Shown piece after piece: positions 46,639 to 57,860 of a DNA stretch of 64,000 nucleotides (the first letter of the stretch is position 1; the number at the start of each line of letters is the position of its first letter). The stretch lies in the NCBI GenBank assembly GCA_049852185.1, contig CP187540.1. One strand, given 5' to 3'. This stretch comes from Methanocaldococcus sp. 28A (GTDB lineage Archaea > AGJL01 > Methanococci > Methanococcales > Methanocaldococcaceae). The notes beneath the pieces are model-generated. The model ran no database searches and was not told the origin of the DNA. It saw only the letters and a list, made by a program, of their open reading frames with translations. The position numbers and the translations under genes are program-made.

Positions 46639-47953
46639 AATTCTCACCTTCAGAATCATTATCGTGTATCTTTAAAACATCCAATTCTTTACATATACAG
46701 TTTTTGTTTAATATAGATGAGACAGATGGGTTTGTTCTCCCATCATCTCCACTGATTAACTCTTTTATATATAATCCACCATCACAATGTATAATCATCT
46801 CAAAATGATTGTCATCTACTTTATTGGTTTTAACTTTATATACCTTACGGATTCTCTCTAAATCAGCTCTTCTATGTAATACTCTTTTAGGAGTTTTTTG
46901 ATATATAGTTCTATTTTCAAGTTCTTTTTCAAGTTTTTTTAATTCTTCCTCACAAATTTTTTCTGAGCATTCAACTAAAGCTCTATATGTTTTTCTATGA
47001 GGGGTGTTTTTAAATATAACTTTATCCTTCCTAACACCAAACTCTAAGTTTAAAACCTCTACCCTACCATCTTTATTAACTTCTTCAGCAATTTTATTTA
47101 AATCAATTTTTCTTATCTTTGGCTCTTTAATCTCTAAAACAAATGGTCTTCCATTTCCAAGCATTCTGACATCTATATCTTCTCTTCCCGCCCCATGGAA
47201 TTTTGCGTCTACACCTTTTGTAGCCTCTAAGAACGGTTTAGCAATGATTTCTTCAACAGATATTGGATATTTTTTACCTGTGTAGTTACAGAGCTCACAT
47301 CCTCTTCCTCTACATTTTCTACATGGCCATCTTGTTTGTGGAATACCTCTAACTAATTTTCTATATCTTCCTTTAATAAATAATGGGTTTATTTGTAAAT
47401 AAATCTCTTCAGTGTATGGATTTATATGCACAACAATATCTGGATATTCTTTATTTGGGGTTTTATCTAATCTAACTGCCAACATCTTTCCAAATTCTCT
47501 TCCAAATTCCTGCTTTATACTTTCCATAAATTCTGTTTCAATCTCTTTTTCAAGTTCTTTAATCTCTTTTGGGATATGAGTTCCAATTAAAAATGTGTCA
47601 AACTCATACTTTTTTAAAATCTCAATTGCTTTATTTAATAGTTTTTCCATTTTTTGTTTGTTAAAAATGCCTTTACACCATGGGCAATTTTCTTTTTCTA
47701 CTTCTTTTATATCCTCCAATCTTATTTCATCGACTCCACTTTTTGCCAAAGCTTTTAGTAACTCTAATTCTTCTTCATAATTTATTCCTTTTTCTTTAGC
47801 TTTTTTTATCTTTGCTTCAAGTTCTAAAGCTTTATATAGCTTTAACGCCTTACCTCTTTCAGTGTTTGTTGTATGCAATAACTTAGCATACAACCTTCCG
47901 AAACATCTATTACAGAGAGGATATTTTTTTAATATTTCATAATTTATAATCAT
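46622..47953 (-). CDS. pus10: tRNA pseudouridine 54/55 synthase Pus10
   Basis: [27 protein letters not shown] and GLYIKEL motifs. Confidence 0.94.
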   Translation of the reverse strand: MIINYEILKKYPLCNRCFGRLYAKLLHTTNTERGKALKLYKALELEAKIKKAKEKGINYEEELELLKALAKSGVDEIRLEDIKEVEKENCPWCKGIFNKQKMEKLLNKAIEILKKYEFDTFLIGTHIPKEIKELEKEIETEFMESIKQEFGREFGKMLAVRLDKTPNKEYPDIVVHINPYTEEIYLQINPLFIKGRYRKLVRGIPQTRWPCRKCRGRGCELCNYTGKKYPISVEEIIAKPFLEATKGVDAKFHGAGREDIDVRMLGNGRPFVLEIKEPKIRKIDLNKIAEEVNKDGRVEVLNLEFGVRKDKVIFKNTPHRKTYRALVECSEKICEEELKKLEKELENRTIYQKTPKRVLHRRADLERIRKVYKVKTNKVDDNHFEMIIHCDGGLYIKELISGDDGRTNPSVSSILNKNCICKELDVLKIHDNDSEGENYGSNE

Positions 47954-48086
47954 GTTTTCTCCCCAATTTAGTGTTTAAATAAAACTCATCAAAGTTCATT
48001 GTTATATTTATTAAAGTTCTATTAAATGATAAAATGATATTGGTTTTATAATTGCTATTAGATTTTTATAAATTTTTGGTGATACA

Positions 48087-50450
48087 ATGATAGCTAATGT
48101 TGATTTACACATTCATTCAAGATTCTCTGGTGGGACTTCTAAGGATATGAGTGTAGAGAATATTTTAAAATATGGAAAGCTTAAAGGATTAAACATCATT
48201 GGAACAGGAGATTGTTTGAATCCAGATTATTTGGAAGAGATAAAGCAATATAAAGATAGAGAGTTGGTTTTAACAACTGAAATTGAAGATAAGAATAGAG
48301 TTCATCATCTTATTTTATTACCTTCAATAAGTAAGGTTGAAGAGTTGAGAGAAGTTTTAAAAAAATATTCTAAGGATATTGATAAAGAGGGGCGACCAAG
48401 AGTAAATTTAAAAGGTAATGAAATCTTAGATATTGTTAGAGAGGTTGATGGATTGATTGGACCTGCTCACTGTGTCCCACCAGATACACTGCTGATATTA
48501 GAAAATGGTTTTAAAAGAATAGTCGATATAAAAGTAGGAGATAAAGTATTAACTCATGAAAATAGGTTTAAAAAAGTTGAAAAAGTTTATAAAAGAAGAT
48601 ATATTGGAGACATAATAAAGATTAGAGTTAGATACTTCTCAGAAGAAATAATCGTAACTCCTGAGCATCCAGTCTATATCATTAAAACAGAAAAGAGATG
48701 TGATGGCTCCCATGGAATATGTAAATTTAACTGCTTAACTCAATATACAAGTTCCTCATGTAAAAAAAGATATGAGATATATAAAAGAGAATGGATTATG
48801 GCTAAAGACTTAAAAGTAGGAGATGTAATAGTTTATCCAATACCTAAGGAAGTGAGAGATATTAAATTTTTATCATTAGGTAAATTTCTTAATAATATTA
48901 AGCAAAAATCTTGGAGAAATAGGATTCCAGAAAAAATTGAAGTTTCCGAAGAGTTTTGTAGGTTAGTTGGATATTTCTTATCTGAAGGTTATTGCTTTAG
49001 GGATGGGATTGGATTTGCATTGGGGGAAAATGAAAAAGAAATCATCAATGATATAGAATATCTAATGAAGAAAATATTCAACTTAAAACCAAAAATAAGA
49101 AATGATGAAAGAAGTGGAGGAATAGAATTAAAATATTACTCAAGAGTTTTAAGAGAATTCTTTGGAGACACATTCTACTGTGGAGATGAAAAAAGAGCTT
49201 GGAATAAAGCTCTTCCAAATGAGTTTTTGTATCTTCCTAAGAATAAGCAAATTCAGATATTTATTGGATGGTGGAGAGGAGATAAAGGAGTAACTACTTC
49301 AGAAATTTTGATGAATCAGTTAAGATTAATTTCTCTAAGATTAGGTTTTATAATAACATTTAGTAAGCTTGTTCCAAAAAATCCAAAAATTGGAGATAGA
49401 AAAGTTATTAATTATCATACAATATGGCAAGGGAGAATATCTCCATTAGATAAAGATAAAAAAATCATAAATGTATTAAGAAATGAAGATATAAAACTTC
49501 CAAAAAAGGATGTTAGATATGGGTGGATTAAAGGGAATTATCTATATACTCCAATTATAAAAATAGAAAGAGAGTATTATAATGGATATGTATATAACTT
49601 AGAGGTTGAAGACGATTCAAGCTATGTAACTGTTTCAGGAACTTTGCATAACTGCTTTACACCCTGGACATCTCTTTATAAATCATTTGATTCAATATAT
49701 GATTGCTATGAAAAAAAACCTGATTTTGTAGAGCTTGGTTTGTCAGCAGATACTGACATGGCAGATATGATTCCAGAACTAAGAGATTTGCCATTTTTAT
49801 CAAATTCAGATGCCCATTCATATCATCCTCATAGATTAGGTAGGGAATTTAATCAAATAGAGGTTGATTATATAGGTGGAATAGAAGATAACTTTGAACA
49901 AATAAAAAAAGCAATAAAGCATAATAAGATAATTGCCAATTATGGATTAGACCCAAAATTAGGGAAGTATCATTTAACCGCATGCTCTAAATGTCATACA
50001 AGGTTTAAATTAGAAGATGCTAAAAAATACAATTGGAAATGTCCAAAATGTAAGGGAAGTATAAAGAAAGGAGTTTTAAGTAGAGTTGAAGAGTTGAGTG
50101 ATGGAAAAATAGAGCATCCAGAATTTAGACCTCCATATTATAAGCTAATTCCATTAGCTGAGATGATTAGCTTAACCATCGGCAAAGGAATATTTACAAA
50201 GGCAGTCCAAAATTTATGGGAAGAGTTTATTAAAAAATATGGAAATGAGATAGAGGTTTTAATAAATGCTGATATTCAGGAATTAACCAAGATTCATCCA
50301 AAAGTGGCAGAAACAATTAATCTGTTTAGAAAAGGGAAGATATATATTTATCCTGGTGGTGGTGGAGAATACGGAAAGATTTCATTTAAACCACAAAAAG
50401 TAGAGTGGTATAGAGAAGAAGTAACCTTAGATAGGTGGTTAAAGCAATAA
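48087..50450 (+). CDS. Endonuclease Q-family (PHP domain, TIGR00375-like) protein containing an intein
   Basis: DLHIHSRFS, GTGD, GPAH|CFTPW, ELGLSAD, NSDAHS, GREFN, GKYH, a C4 Zn finger and PGGGGEYG. Confidence 0.87.
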   Translation: MIANVDLHIHSRFSGGTSKDMSVENILKYGKLKGLNIIGTGDCLNPDYLEEIKQYKDRELVLTTEIEDKNRVHHLILLPSISKVEELREVLKKYSKDIDKEGRPRVNLKGNEILDIVREVDGLIGPAHCVPPDTLLILENGFKRIVDIKVGDKVLTHENRFKKVEKVYKRRYIGDIIKIRVRYFSEEIIVTPEHPVYIIKTEKRCDGSHGICKFNCLTQYTSSSCKKRYEIYKREWIMAKDLKVGDVIVYPIPKEVRDIKFLSLGKFLNNIKQKSWRNRIPEKIEVSEEFCRLVGYFLSEGYCFRDGIGFALGENEKEIINDIEYLMKKIFNLKPKIRNDERSGGIELKYYSRVLREFFGDTFYCGDEKRAWNKALPNEFLYLPKNKQIQIFIGWWRGDKGVTTSEILMNQLRLISLRLGFIITFSKLVPKNPKIGDRKVINYHTIWQGRISPLDKDKKIINVLRNEDIKLPKKDVRYGWIKGNYLYTPIIKIEREYYNGYVYNLEVEDDSSYVTVSGTLHNCFTPWTSLYKSFDSIYDCYEKKPDFVELGLSADTDMADMIPELRDLPFLSNSDAHSYHPHRLGREFNQIEVDYIGGIEDNFEQIKKAIKHNKIIANYGLDPKLGKYHLTACSKCHTRFKLEDAKKYNWKCPKCKGSIKKGVLSRVEELSDGKIEHPEFRPPYYKLIPLAEMISLTIGKGIFTKAVQNLWEEFIKKYGNEIEVLINADIQELTKIHPKVAETINLFRKGKIYIYPGGGGEYGKISFKPQKVEWYREEVTLDRWLKQ
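48471..49652 (+). mobile_element. Intein (394 aa) with LAGLIDADG homing-endonuclease domain
   Basis: Begins CVPPDT; block B VTPEHP; LVGYFLSEG; VYNLEVE; ends LHN before the extein Cys. Confidence 0.94.
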
Positions 50451-50454
50451 ATTA

Positions 50455-51234
50455 TTATAAAAAGTCAATTTCTGTTCCCTCTACTTTTCCTAATAAAGCT
50501 TTATAAATATTTTCTACTTTATTTCCGTTAAATACAAAACCTCTACACTTATTTTTTCTAATCATCTCTATCTTATATCTCATTCCACCAGTAACGTCTA
50601 TACTGTTAGAGCCACTTAAATAACTTAATATTTCGTCGATATTCTTTTCATCTATCTTTTTTATAGGTTTGTTGTTAATTAAAACACCATCAACATCTGT
50701 AGCATAAAGTATTAAATCAGCTTTTAATTCATTAGCTAAGTATGGTACTATATCATCTCCAGAAATTATTTTGTATCCGTTATTATCATCAACTACTATA
50801 TCTCCATGAATTACTGGAACTAAATCTCTTTTAAGCATCTCATTTATAGCGGAGATGTCAAAAATTAGTTTATTTCCAAAAACAACAAATGAAGATGGTT
50901 GTATAGAAACTGCAGGAATATCATAGCTCTGTAAAGTGTCAATAACTATGTTGTTAAATCTTCTCATCGCTTTTTGAATTTCCCAAAATCCCTTTTCCAT
51001 ATTTATAAATACTTTTTTACCATTTTCAACTTTTAAATATTTTTTAGCAACAGGATGTCCAAAAGCTCCACCACCATGAACGAGTATTAATTTCATCTCT
51101 TCATTTTGATTTTTATAATAATCTAAGGCGTTTTTTATTTCCATTGCTATCCTCTCTAAATTATCCCATTTTACTAAAAAAGGCATATTTTTGTCTGATA
51201 GAACACTACCTCCTAATTTTAAAATAGTTAGCAT
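50455..51234 (-). CDS. Isopentenyl phosphate kinase
   Basis: LKLGGS, HGGGAFGH, SGDDI and DVTGGM motifs. Confidence 0.88.
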   Translation of the reverse strand: MLTILKLGGSVLSDKNMPFLVKWDNLERIAMEIKNALDYYKNQNEEMKLILVHGGGAFGHPVAKKYLKVENGKKVFINMEKGFWEIQKAMRRFNNIVIDTLQSYDIPAVSIQPSSFVVFGNKLIFDISAINEMLKRDLVPVIHGDIVVDDNNGYKIISGDDIVPYLANELKADLILYATDVDGVLINNKPIKKIDEKNIDEILSYLSGSNSIDVTGGMRYKIEMIRKNKCRGFVFNGNKVENIYKALLGKVEGTEIDFL

Positions 51235-52028
51235 TATTCCACCTTAGTTTTTATCCCTTTAATAATATACCTAATTCTATTTCCAGTTTTAATTTCATCA
51301 ACTTCAACATTTAAATCAACATCTTTCATTTTTTTAATAATTAGTTTTCTTCTAATTTCTGGTTTTTTTGGCATCATTAAGGCAATAACTCCTTTTTTAT
51401 TTAAAAAATTAATCCCTTCTTCAATTATTTTGAATGAAAATTCTTCCCCAAATTTCCCTCCTCCTATAAGTTCAATATCCTTAGCTAAAGCCCCTCCAAA
51501 CTTTCTCCCACTTGCAACAGAATTTTTTGAATAGAAAGGAGGATAAGAGATAATTAAATCAAATTTTATTCCTTCAATTTCTTTAATACCTTCAATAACT
51601 TTCCCTTTAGAATTTATAATCTTTATATCCAATTTATTTTTCTCTATGTTTCTTTTAGCAAAATCTATAAATTCTTCATCAACCTCAGTAGCATAAACCT
51701 CGGCATCATAAAATTTTTTTATTAATAGAGAGATTATAGCAGAGTGTCCTGTTCCAATCTCTAAAACCTTAGGTTTTTCTATGCATAGTTTTTTTAATGT
51801 TTCAAAAGTTGATTTTATAAAAAGATATCTGTTTATTGGTGTAGGAATTAGCCCATTTTTATGAAACTCAATATCTAAATCAAACAAAACTTTTAAAACT
51901 GTTTTGTTATATTCTACTAATGCCTCTTTATCTTTAAAGTCAATTCTAAGTTTATCTCCTTTTTTATACACATATCTTTTTAAATTCTCATTGTATTTTA
52001 TAGCATCTTCAATCTTTAATCCCAACAT
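51234..52028 (-). CDS. RlmF-like SAM-dependent methyltransferase
   Basis: LIPTPINRY, LEIGTG, ATE and YPPFY motifs. Confidence 0.75.
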   Translation of the reverse strand: MLGLKIEDAIKYNENLKRYVYKKGDKLRIDFKDKEALVEYNKTVLKVLFDLDIEFHKNGLIPTPINRYLFIKSTFETLKKLCIEKPKVLEIGTGHSAIISLLIKKFYDAEVYATEVDEEFIDFAKRNIEKNKLDIKIINSKGKVIEGIKEIEGIKFDLIISYPPFYSKNSVASGRKFGGALAKDIELIGGGKFGEEFSFKIIEEGINFLNKKGVIALMMPKKPEIRRKLIIKKMKDVDLNVEVDEIKTGNRIRYIIKGIKTKVE

Positions 52029-52037
52029 ATTTCATCC

Positions 52038-53324
52038 TCAAATCCTTATTTTTTCTCCTAACTTTGGAACTATTGCATCAAAACCATGCTCTAAAGCCCA
52101 ATTTCTTAATGTTGTTGCTTGAACAACCTCTCCATGCTGTATAATTAATAGCTCAGGATTAACTTTTTTAATTATCTCATGTAACTCATCCATTCCAGCG
52201 TGGCACGAAAAGTTATAAATGCAAACCTCTAAGTTAGGCTTAACTTCATCTCTCTCAATAAATAATTTTCCAGTTTCAATCAAATGCCTTCCATTAGAAT
52301 CTCTAACTTGATATCCAGTTAATAGTAGAGCGTTTTTTGGATTGTGCATAAATAATTTTAGGTAATATAGAATAGGCCCTCCATCTAACATTCCTGCAGT
52401 AGTTACAACAATTCCTCCATCTTTTGATAAATTCTCAACTGCTTTAATCCTATCCTCTGATTTCTCATTCATTTTAACATTTTTTAGGGCTTTTTCTAAT
52501 TGATGATATTCATTTAATATATCTTTATACATTAACATTAACTTTGTAACTTCAACAGCCATTCCATCTAAGTAGATTGGGGCATCTATGCCATAATCAT
52601 TTAATATTAATAATATTTCTTGAGCTCTATCTACAGCAAATACTGGAATTAAAGCAACCCCTCCCCTAAATAAAACCTCTTTTATCTTTTCTATAAAACT
52701 TAGCTCTACAGCTTTTCTATTAGGATGTATGCTGTTTCCATAGGTTGATTCAATTATTAAAACATCAATATCATCTTTTATATAGCTTAAATCAGCTCCT
52801 TTTGTTAATCTTGTATCCCTAAGCTTTACATCTCCAGTATATAAGATAGTTTTGTTATTATTATATTCTAATAAAATTGATGCACTCCCTGGAATATGTC
52901 CAGCACTAAAGAGCTCATAGGAAAAATCTTTGTAGTATTTTTTATCGTTGTAATTTAATGGAATTGTATGTCGCATAGCCTCTTTTACATCATGGTTGTT
53001 GTAAGGAATCTCTCTATTTTCTGTTTCAGCAATTTTTACCATATCTTTTAGTAAAACCTTAATTAATTTTTTTGATAGCTCAGTTGTAATTACTGGAACA
53101 TCTATTTTTCTATGAAATAATATTGGTAAAGCTCCTGAGTGGTCTAAATGGGCATGTGAAATAAAAACTTTATCAATATCCTTTATTGATTCATCCAATA
53201 TTGGATATTCAATTTCTTTTCCAAGCTTAACTCCAAAATCCAATAATATTTTACTTTTATCAGTTTTTATTTCTATACAGCTTCTTCCAACTTCCAATGC
53301 TGCTCCTCTAAAAATAATTTCCAT
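52038..53324 (-). CDS. Beta-CASP metallo-beta-lactamase ribonuclease
   Basis: EVGRSC, SHAHLDHSG, AGHIPGS, ESTYG and FSCHAG motifs. Confidence 0.9.
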   Translation of the reverse strand: MEIIFRGAALEVGRSCIEIKTDKSKILLDFGVKLGKEIEYPILDESIKDIDKVFISHAHLDHSGALPILFHRKIDVPVITTELSKKLIKVLLKDMVKIAETENREIPYNNHDVKEAMRHTIPLNYNDKKYYKDFSYELFSAGHIPGSASILLEYNNNKTILYTGDVKLRDTRLTKGADLSYIKDDIDVLIIESTYGNSIHPNRKAVELSFIEKIKEVLFRGGVALIPVFAVDRAQEILLILNDYGIDAPIYLDGMAVEVTKLMLMYKDILNEYHQLEKALKNVKMNEKSEDRIKAVENLSKDGGIVVTTAGMLDGGPILYYLKLFMHNPKNALLLTGYQVRDSNGRHLIETGKLFIERDEVKPNLEVCIYNFSCHAGMDELHEIIKKVNPELLIIQHGEVVQATTLRNWALEHGFDAIVPKLGEKIRI

Positions 53325-53490
53325 ATTGTCACCTTTTTATCTAATTTTAATTTCTGCATTTTTGCTATTAAATGTTTTTTATAAATTATATTCATATATG
53401 TAGTTATACAAATTAAAATAAAATTAACCTATGATATAAAGCTATCTAAACACCAAAAGGAGTCAAAATTCATTAGTTAATATACAAACT

Positions 53491-53772
53491 GTGAAAGTTC
53501 TATATTTATGTCCAATTCCACCAATACAAAAAGTATTGAGCATGTTTTCCCTATTGAAAGTCTCTATAGATAAAGATAAATGCATAGATTGTTCTTTATG
53601 TGAAAAAAACTGTCCAATGGACATAAAACTTTTAGATTATAAAAATAAGGGCAAAAGAGTTCTATCAACAGAGTGTATTTCATGTGCCACCTGCTTAAAT
53701 GTCTGTCCAAAAGATGCCATAAATATAAATCTAAAATGTAATTTTGGGGAAAATATTTTGAATTATAAATAA
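53491..53772 (+). pseudogene. C-terminal 2x[4Fe-4S] fragment of a NapH/polyferredoxin-type membrane protein
   Basis: LCP..., CIDCSLCEKNCP and CISCATCLNVCP; no SD and no N-terminal membrane part. Confidence 0.55.
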
Positions 53773-53776
53773 AACT

Positions 53777-53854
53777 TAGGACTTTCGCAGGAATAAATAT
53801 TAAAAAAAAGGCATATTTGGTGGTAATGTCATTATATAAAGTGCGAAAGTCCTA
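53777..53854. repeat. MITE-like element, family B
   Basis: TAGGACTTTCGCA ... TGCGAAAGTCCTA. Confidence 0.88.
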
Positions 53855-53859
53855 AATAT

Positions 53860-54048
53860 TTAACCTAAGATTTCTAAAATTTTAGCTTTAACTTTTCCTT
53901 TTCCACCTCTTGGCTCAACTAAAACTTTCCCACATGTTAAACATTTAACAACAGTAGCTGGGCTTCCAAAGACTACTTGCTCGTTGTTACATTCTGGACA
54001 CTGAACTCTCAAGAATTTTGTTCTTGGTTGTGGGATTAACTCCATCAT
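53860..54048 (-). CDS. rps27e: 30S ribosomal protein S27e
   Basis: [23 protein letters not shown]. Confidence 0.95.
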   Translation of the reverse strand: MMELIPQPRTKFLRVQCPECNNEQVVFGSPATVVKCLTCGKVLVEPRGGKGKVKAKILEILG

Positions 54049-54105
54049 CTCCCCTCTCTACAATTTTATTTAAAGTGTTTAAAAAGAGTTTAAAGTTTTT
54101 AAAAT

Positions 54106-54390
54106 TTACTTCTCAACAAACTCAAATCTACCAGACCTAAAGCATCCATTTGCTTTTGTGTGCATTTTTCCACAAACTGTGCATTTAAATCTTAAGTCTA
54201 TCTTTTTAACAGGTTTTGACCTGTCTGGTAAAGGTCTTGGGAAACCTCCATAACCAGCCGTTACCCTTCTAAACTGCCTTTGACCCCAAGTTAACTCACT
54301 AGGTTTTCCTTTTTTTGCCTTCTCTACAGTGTGTATTGTATGTTTTTTACAGTATGGGCAGTATCTCCTAACTTTTTTCGGCATTTTCAT
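54106..54390 (-). CDS. rpl44e: 50S ribosomal protein L44e
   Basis: [17 protein letters not shown] and CTVCGK. Confidence 0.95.
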   Translation of the reverse strand: MKMPKKVRRYCPYCKKHTIHTVEKAKKGKPSELTWGQRQFRRVTAGYGGFPRPLPDRSKPVKKIDLRFKCTVCGKMHTKANGCFRSGRFEFVEK

Positions 54391-54889
54391 AACTTTCACC
54401 TATTCTTGAGATAATTCTGTGTTTTTTTAAAATATCTGATATTTTTTTATCTAAGGTGAGGACATCATTTTTGTTTAGGTTATATATAAAAGTGCCGTCT
54501 GTGAATGGTGGAAAGTTTTTATCAACCTTTACAACATCAATATCATTTATTGTATATATAGGTTTTGGTATCTCAATCTCATCTACTTCATTAGATTCAA
54601 CATTTTTTTCAATTTTCAATTCAACTACAACATTTTCAATAGCATATATAATATTTATCTCTTCTGGAAGTAAGTTTTCTCTCTCATTGTCTAAATACAG
54701 GGCTTTATATATCCTTAACTTTCTAAGCTCTTTAAAATAATATTTAGCTCTCTCAAGCTCAATTTCATCTTTAATATTTTTTATATATTCTCTAACTTCA
54801 TCATAAAAATTATCAGGCAATTTTAATAATTTATCTGTCGTTATCTCTTCAAAAAAATAATTTTTTAATGTTTCATATAGTTCATGCAT
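54368..54889 (-). CDS. Probable GINS subunit (Gins51-like)
   Basis: [21 protein letters not shown] and NLLPEE; lies between pcn and rpl44e as in the conserved archaeal cluster. Confidence 0.65.
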   Translation of the reverse strand: MHELYETLKNYFFEEITTDKLLKLPDNFYDEVREYIKNIKDEIELERAKYYFKELRKLRIYKALYLDNERENLLPEEINIIYAIENVVVELKIEKNVESNEVDEIEIPKPIYTINDIDVVKVDKNFPPFTDGTFIYNLNKNDVLTLDKKISDILKKHRIISRIGESYENAEKS

Positions 54890-54898
54890 AATCCCACG

Positions 54899-55642
54899 TT
54901 AGGCTTCAATCCTTGGAGCCAAGAGGAAAGTTAAATTAACTCCAGCTAATGAATACTCTATCTTTACAGGCATGTCATTACCCAAGTAGATTTTGATAAT
55001 ATCTCCTGAACTAACTCCTTTAACCATATCCATTAGATAATCTAAGTTAAATGCACTTTTTGCTTCTTCTGTAACTTCTAAGCTAATAATTGCAGAACTG
55101 TCTTTTTCAAATATTGCTTCATTTTCGTTTAAATCTCCTTTAGCATGAACTACAAACTTATCTTCATCAACCTTTAAAATTACATAATCACTAAATAAAT
55201 TCGCATCTTTTAAAGCTTCTTTGAAAGCATCTCCCTTAATCATAATTACGTTTGGATATTCAATATCAGGTACTCTAACTGATGAAGCAGATAAATCTAA
55301 TAAAGCTAAACTAAACTTTCTCTTTCCTGTATTTTCAAAGATAACATTTAATTTATTCTTCTCTTCATCTAACTCTAATATTAATTTATCTTTTGATTTT
55401 GCCCTATTCATGACTTTTTTGAAAGCTTCTAAATCAATTCCAATCTCATGAGTGTCTGCTTCATATTCTTCAAACGCCAATCTTGGAATTTCTAAGCTAA
55501 CTAAAGCAACGTGACTTGGGTCCATTGCAGCAGCTTTTATTCCCTCTTCATCAACCTCAAAGCAAATCTCATCTAAAAGTGTTGATACTGTATCAACAAC
55601 TTTTTTAAACTCTTTTGCACTCTCCATAACTCCTCTAAACAT
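54899..55642 (-). CDS. pcn: DNA polymerase sliding clamp PCNA
   Basis: AMDPSHVAL and FLLAPRIE motifs. Confidence 0.96.
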   Translation of the reverse strand: MFRGVMESAKEFKKVVDTVSTLLDEICFEVDEEGIKAAAMDPSHVALVSLEIPRLAFEEYEADTHEIGIDLEAFKKVMNRAKSKDKLILELDEEKNKLNVIFENTGKRKFSLALLDLSASSVRVPDIEYPNVIMIKGDAFKEALKDANLFSDYVILKVDEDKFVVHAKGDLNENEAIFEKDSSAIISLEVTEEAKSAFNLDYLMDMVKGVSSGDIIKIYLGNDMPVKIEYSLAGVNLTFLLAPRIEA

Positions 55643-55882
55643 AATATCACCAGTTCTAAATACTATAGGACTTTAACATATACTAATAAAAGTAAAAATA
55701 GTATTTGTCCTATAAAGATATAAAAACATTTTTATATTTCTTTTATACTTTTAGGTATTGTTATATTTGTTTTGACACTTTCTGTTGATACAAATATATA
55801 GGTCTTTCGTAGGAAAAAGAATGTTCCATATAAATAACAAACTTTATTAACATTTTAGTATAATAAGCATTCTGTGATTACA

Positions 55883-56179
55883 ATGATAAAAAAGCTTGCT
55901 GAAATTAGGAAGAAAATTGATGAGATTGATAATAAGATATTAAAGTTAATTGCTGAAAGAAATAGCTTAGCTAAGGATGTAGCTGAGATTAAAAACCAGC
56001 TTGGCATTCCAATTAACGACCCAGATAGAGAAAAATATATATACGATAGGATAAGAAAACTTTGTAAAGAACATAACGTTGATGAAAATATTGGTATTAA
56101 AATATTTCAAATATTAATAGAGCATAACAAAACCCTTCAAAGAAAATATCTTGAAGAAACACAAAATAAAAACAAATAA
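55883..56179 (+). CDS. aroQ: Chorismate mutase (AroQ class)
   Basis: LAEIRKKIDEIDNKILKLIAER..K...DPDRE. Confidence 0.9.
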   Translation: MIKKLAEIRKKIDEIDNKILKLIAERNSLAKDVAEIKNQLGIPINDPDREKYIYDRIRKLCKEHNVDENIGIKIFQILIEHNKTLQRKYLEETQNKNK

Positions 56180-56209
56180 ATTAAAAAAATAAAAATTTAG
56201 GCAGGTGAG

Positions 56210-56401
56210 ATGATGGGAAGGATTAGACAAGCATTAATCAAGAGAACTGCTATGGAATTAATTAAGAAATACAGAGATTTATTTACAACAGACTTTGAAA
56301 CAAACAAAAGAGTTTTAGAACAAGTAGCTCAAATCTCAACAAAAAGATTGAGAAATAGAATTGCTGGTTATATTACCCACAAAATGAGACAGCTCCAATA
56401 A
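56210..56401 (+). CDS. rps17e: 30S ribosomal protein S17e
   Basis: MGRIR..FTTDFETNK..RNRIAGYIT. Confidence 0.96.
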   Translation: MMGRIRQALIKRTAMELIKKYRDLFTTDFETNKRVLEQVAQISTKRLRNRIAGYITHKMRQLQ

Positions 56402-56411
56402 AGGTGAAGCT

Positions 56412-57281
56412 ATGTTTAAGGGGGTCTATCCCGCCATAATTACTCCTTTTAAAAATAATGAAATAGATTATGAAGGATTAGAAGAGAATATAAACTTTTT
56501 AATTGAAAATGGTGTTAGTGGAATTGTAGCTGTTGGAACTACTGGAGAAAGTCCCACTTTATCACATGAAGAGCATAAAAAAGTTATTGAAAAGGCTGTA
56601 GAGATTGTTGATGGAAGAGTTCAGGTTATTGCAGGAGCAGGTTCAAACTGCACAGAGGAAGCTGTAGAGCTATCTATTTTTGCTGAGGATGTTGGAGCAG
56701 ACGCAGTTTTGTCAATAACTCCATATTACAACAAACCTACACAGGATGGTTTAAGAAGACATTTTGGAAAGATTGCTGAATCAATAAATATTCCAATTAT
56801 CTTATATAATGTCCCTTCAAGAACATCTGTTAATTTAGAACCTAAGACCGTTAAGCTTTTATCTGAAGAATACAGTAATATTTCAGCAGTTAAAGAAGCG
56901 AATCCTAATTTATCTCAAGTTTCTGAGCTAATACATGATGCTAAGATAACTGTTCTTTCAGGAAATGACGAATTAACTTTACCAATAATCGCCTTAGGAG
57001 GAAAAGGAGTTATTAGTGTTGTAGCAAATATAGTTCCAAAGGATTTTGTTGAAATGGTTAATTCGGCATTAAACGGAGATTTTGAAAAAGCGAGAGAAAT
57101 TCACTATAGGTTATTCCCATTGATGAAGGCAATGTTTATTGAAACTAATCCAATTCCTGTAAAAACAGCTTTAAATATGATTGGTAGACCTGCTGGTGAG
57201 TTGAGATTACCTCTATGTGAGATGAGTGAAGAGCATAAAAAAATATTAGAAAATGTTTTGAAAGAACTCGGTTTAATCTAA
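56412..57281 (+). CDS. dapA: 4-hydroxy-tetrahydrodipicolinate synthase
   Basis: GTTGES, PYYNKP, YNVPSRT and ETNPIPVK motifs. Confidence 0.96.
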   Translation: MFKGVYPAIITPFKNNEIDYEGLEENINFLIENGVSGIVAVGTTGESPTLSHEEHKKVIEKAVEIVDGRVQVIAGAGSNCTEEAVELSIFAEDVGADAVLSITPYYNKPTQDGLRRHFGKIAESINIPIILYNVPSRTSVNLEPKTVKLLSEEYSNISAVKEANPNLSQVSELIHDAKITVLSGNDELTLPIIALGGKGVISVVANIVPKDFVEMVNSALNGDFEKAREIHYRLFPLMKAMFIETNPIPVKTALNMIGRPAGELRLPLCEMSEEHKKILENVLKELGLI

Positions 57282-57293
57282 ACGGTGAGTTTA

Positions 57294-57542
57294 ATGGATG
57301 AAAAAACCATTGAAAAAATAAAAAAAGAGGCTGAAGAAATTATCAACAAATTTAGCGAGGTCTTAGAGAAATTTGACTTAGAGATGGAAGAGAGCTACTA
57401 TATTATTGACAGCAGGAATGTTCTTAGAGATGATGAAGCAATTGAAAGTAATCCAGGATTCAGAGAGAAATTTCTAAAAATTGCTCCTAAGGTAAATAAA
57501 GAAGGTTATGTTGTTGTAGAAAAAGGTAGCTGGTTAAAATAA
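57294..57542 (+). CDS. gatC: Asp-tRNA(Asn) amidotransferase subunit C
   Basis: NVLRDDE...FLKIAPK..GYVVVE pattern. Confidence 0.75.
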   Translation: MDEKTIEKIKKEAEEIINKFSEVLEKFDLEMEESYYIIDSRNVLRDDEAIESNPGFREKFLKIAPKVNKEGYVVVEKGSWLK

Positions 57543-57713
57543 AGGGGTGTTAAAACCAAAAAGTTTAAGTAAGAGTTCTTATATTATTTGGATGAAAAAC
57601 ATTAAAGAGAACATTACAAGAGTTTTGAAGAAGTTTCTTAGTTTCTACATCATTATCGTAATCTATAAATACCCAATAAGAGAATACCACTAAATAACTA
57701 CTTAACTATCAAT

Positions 57714-57860
57714 AAATAACCGATGAGAGGGCTCTGCCTTCGAGGTTATTACAAATGTTTATAAATTTCATTTAAGGGGTTGTATCCGTTCAGCCCGAAG
57801 TTCAATGAGCCCACAGCAGAGGGAATTGTATTCCCGATGAATCTGTGGGTTAAGGACAGT
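57714..57860 (+). ncRNA. Structured RNA or leader with two K-turn hairpins upstream of rpl41e
   Basis: AATAACC-GATGA-GAGGGC/GCCTTC-GA-GGTTATT-ACA and GCCCACAG..GA-GGGAA/TTCCC-GATGA..CTGTGGGT. Confidence 0.6.

Noticed and set aside
57714-57860. SECIS element or selenoprotein signal
   Set aside because: No adjacent gene has an in-frame TGA at a Cys position, and the hairpins fit K-turns better.
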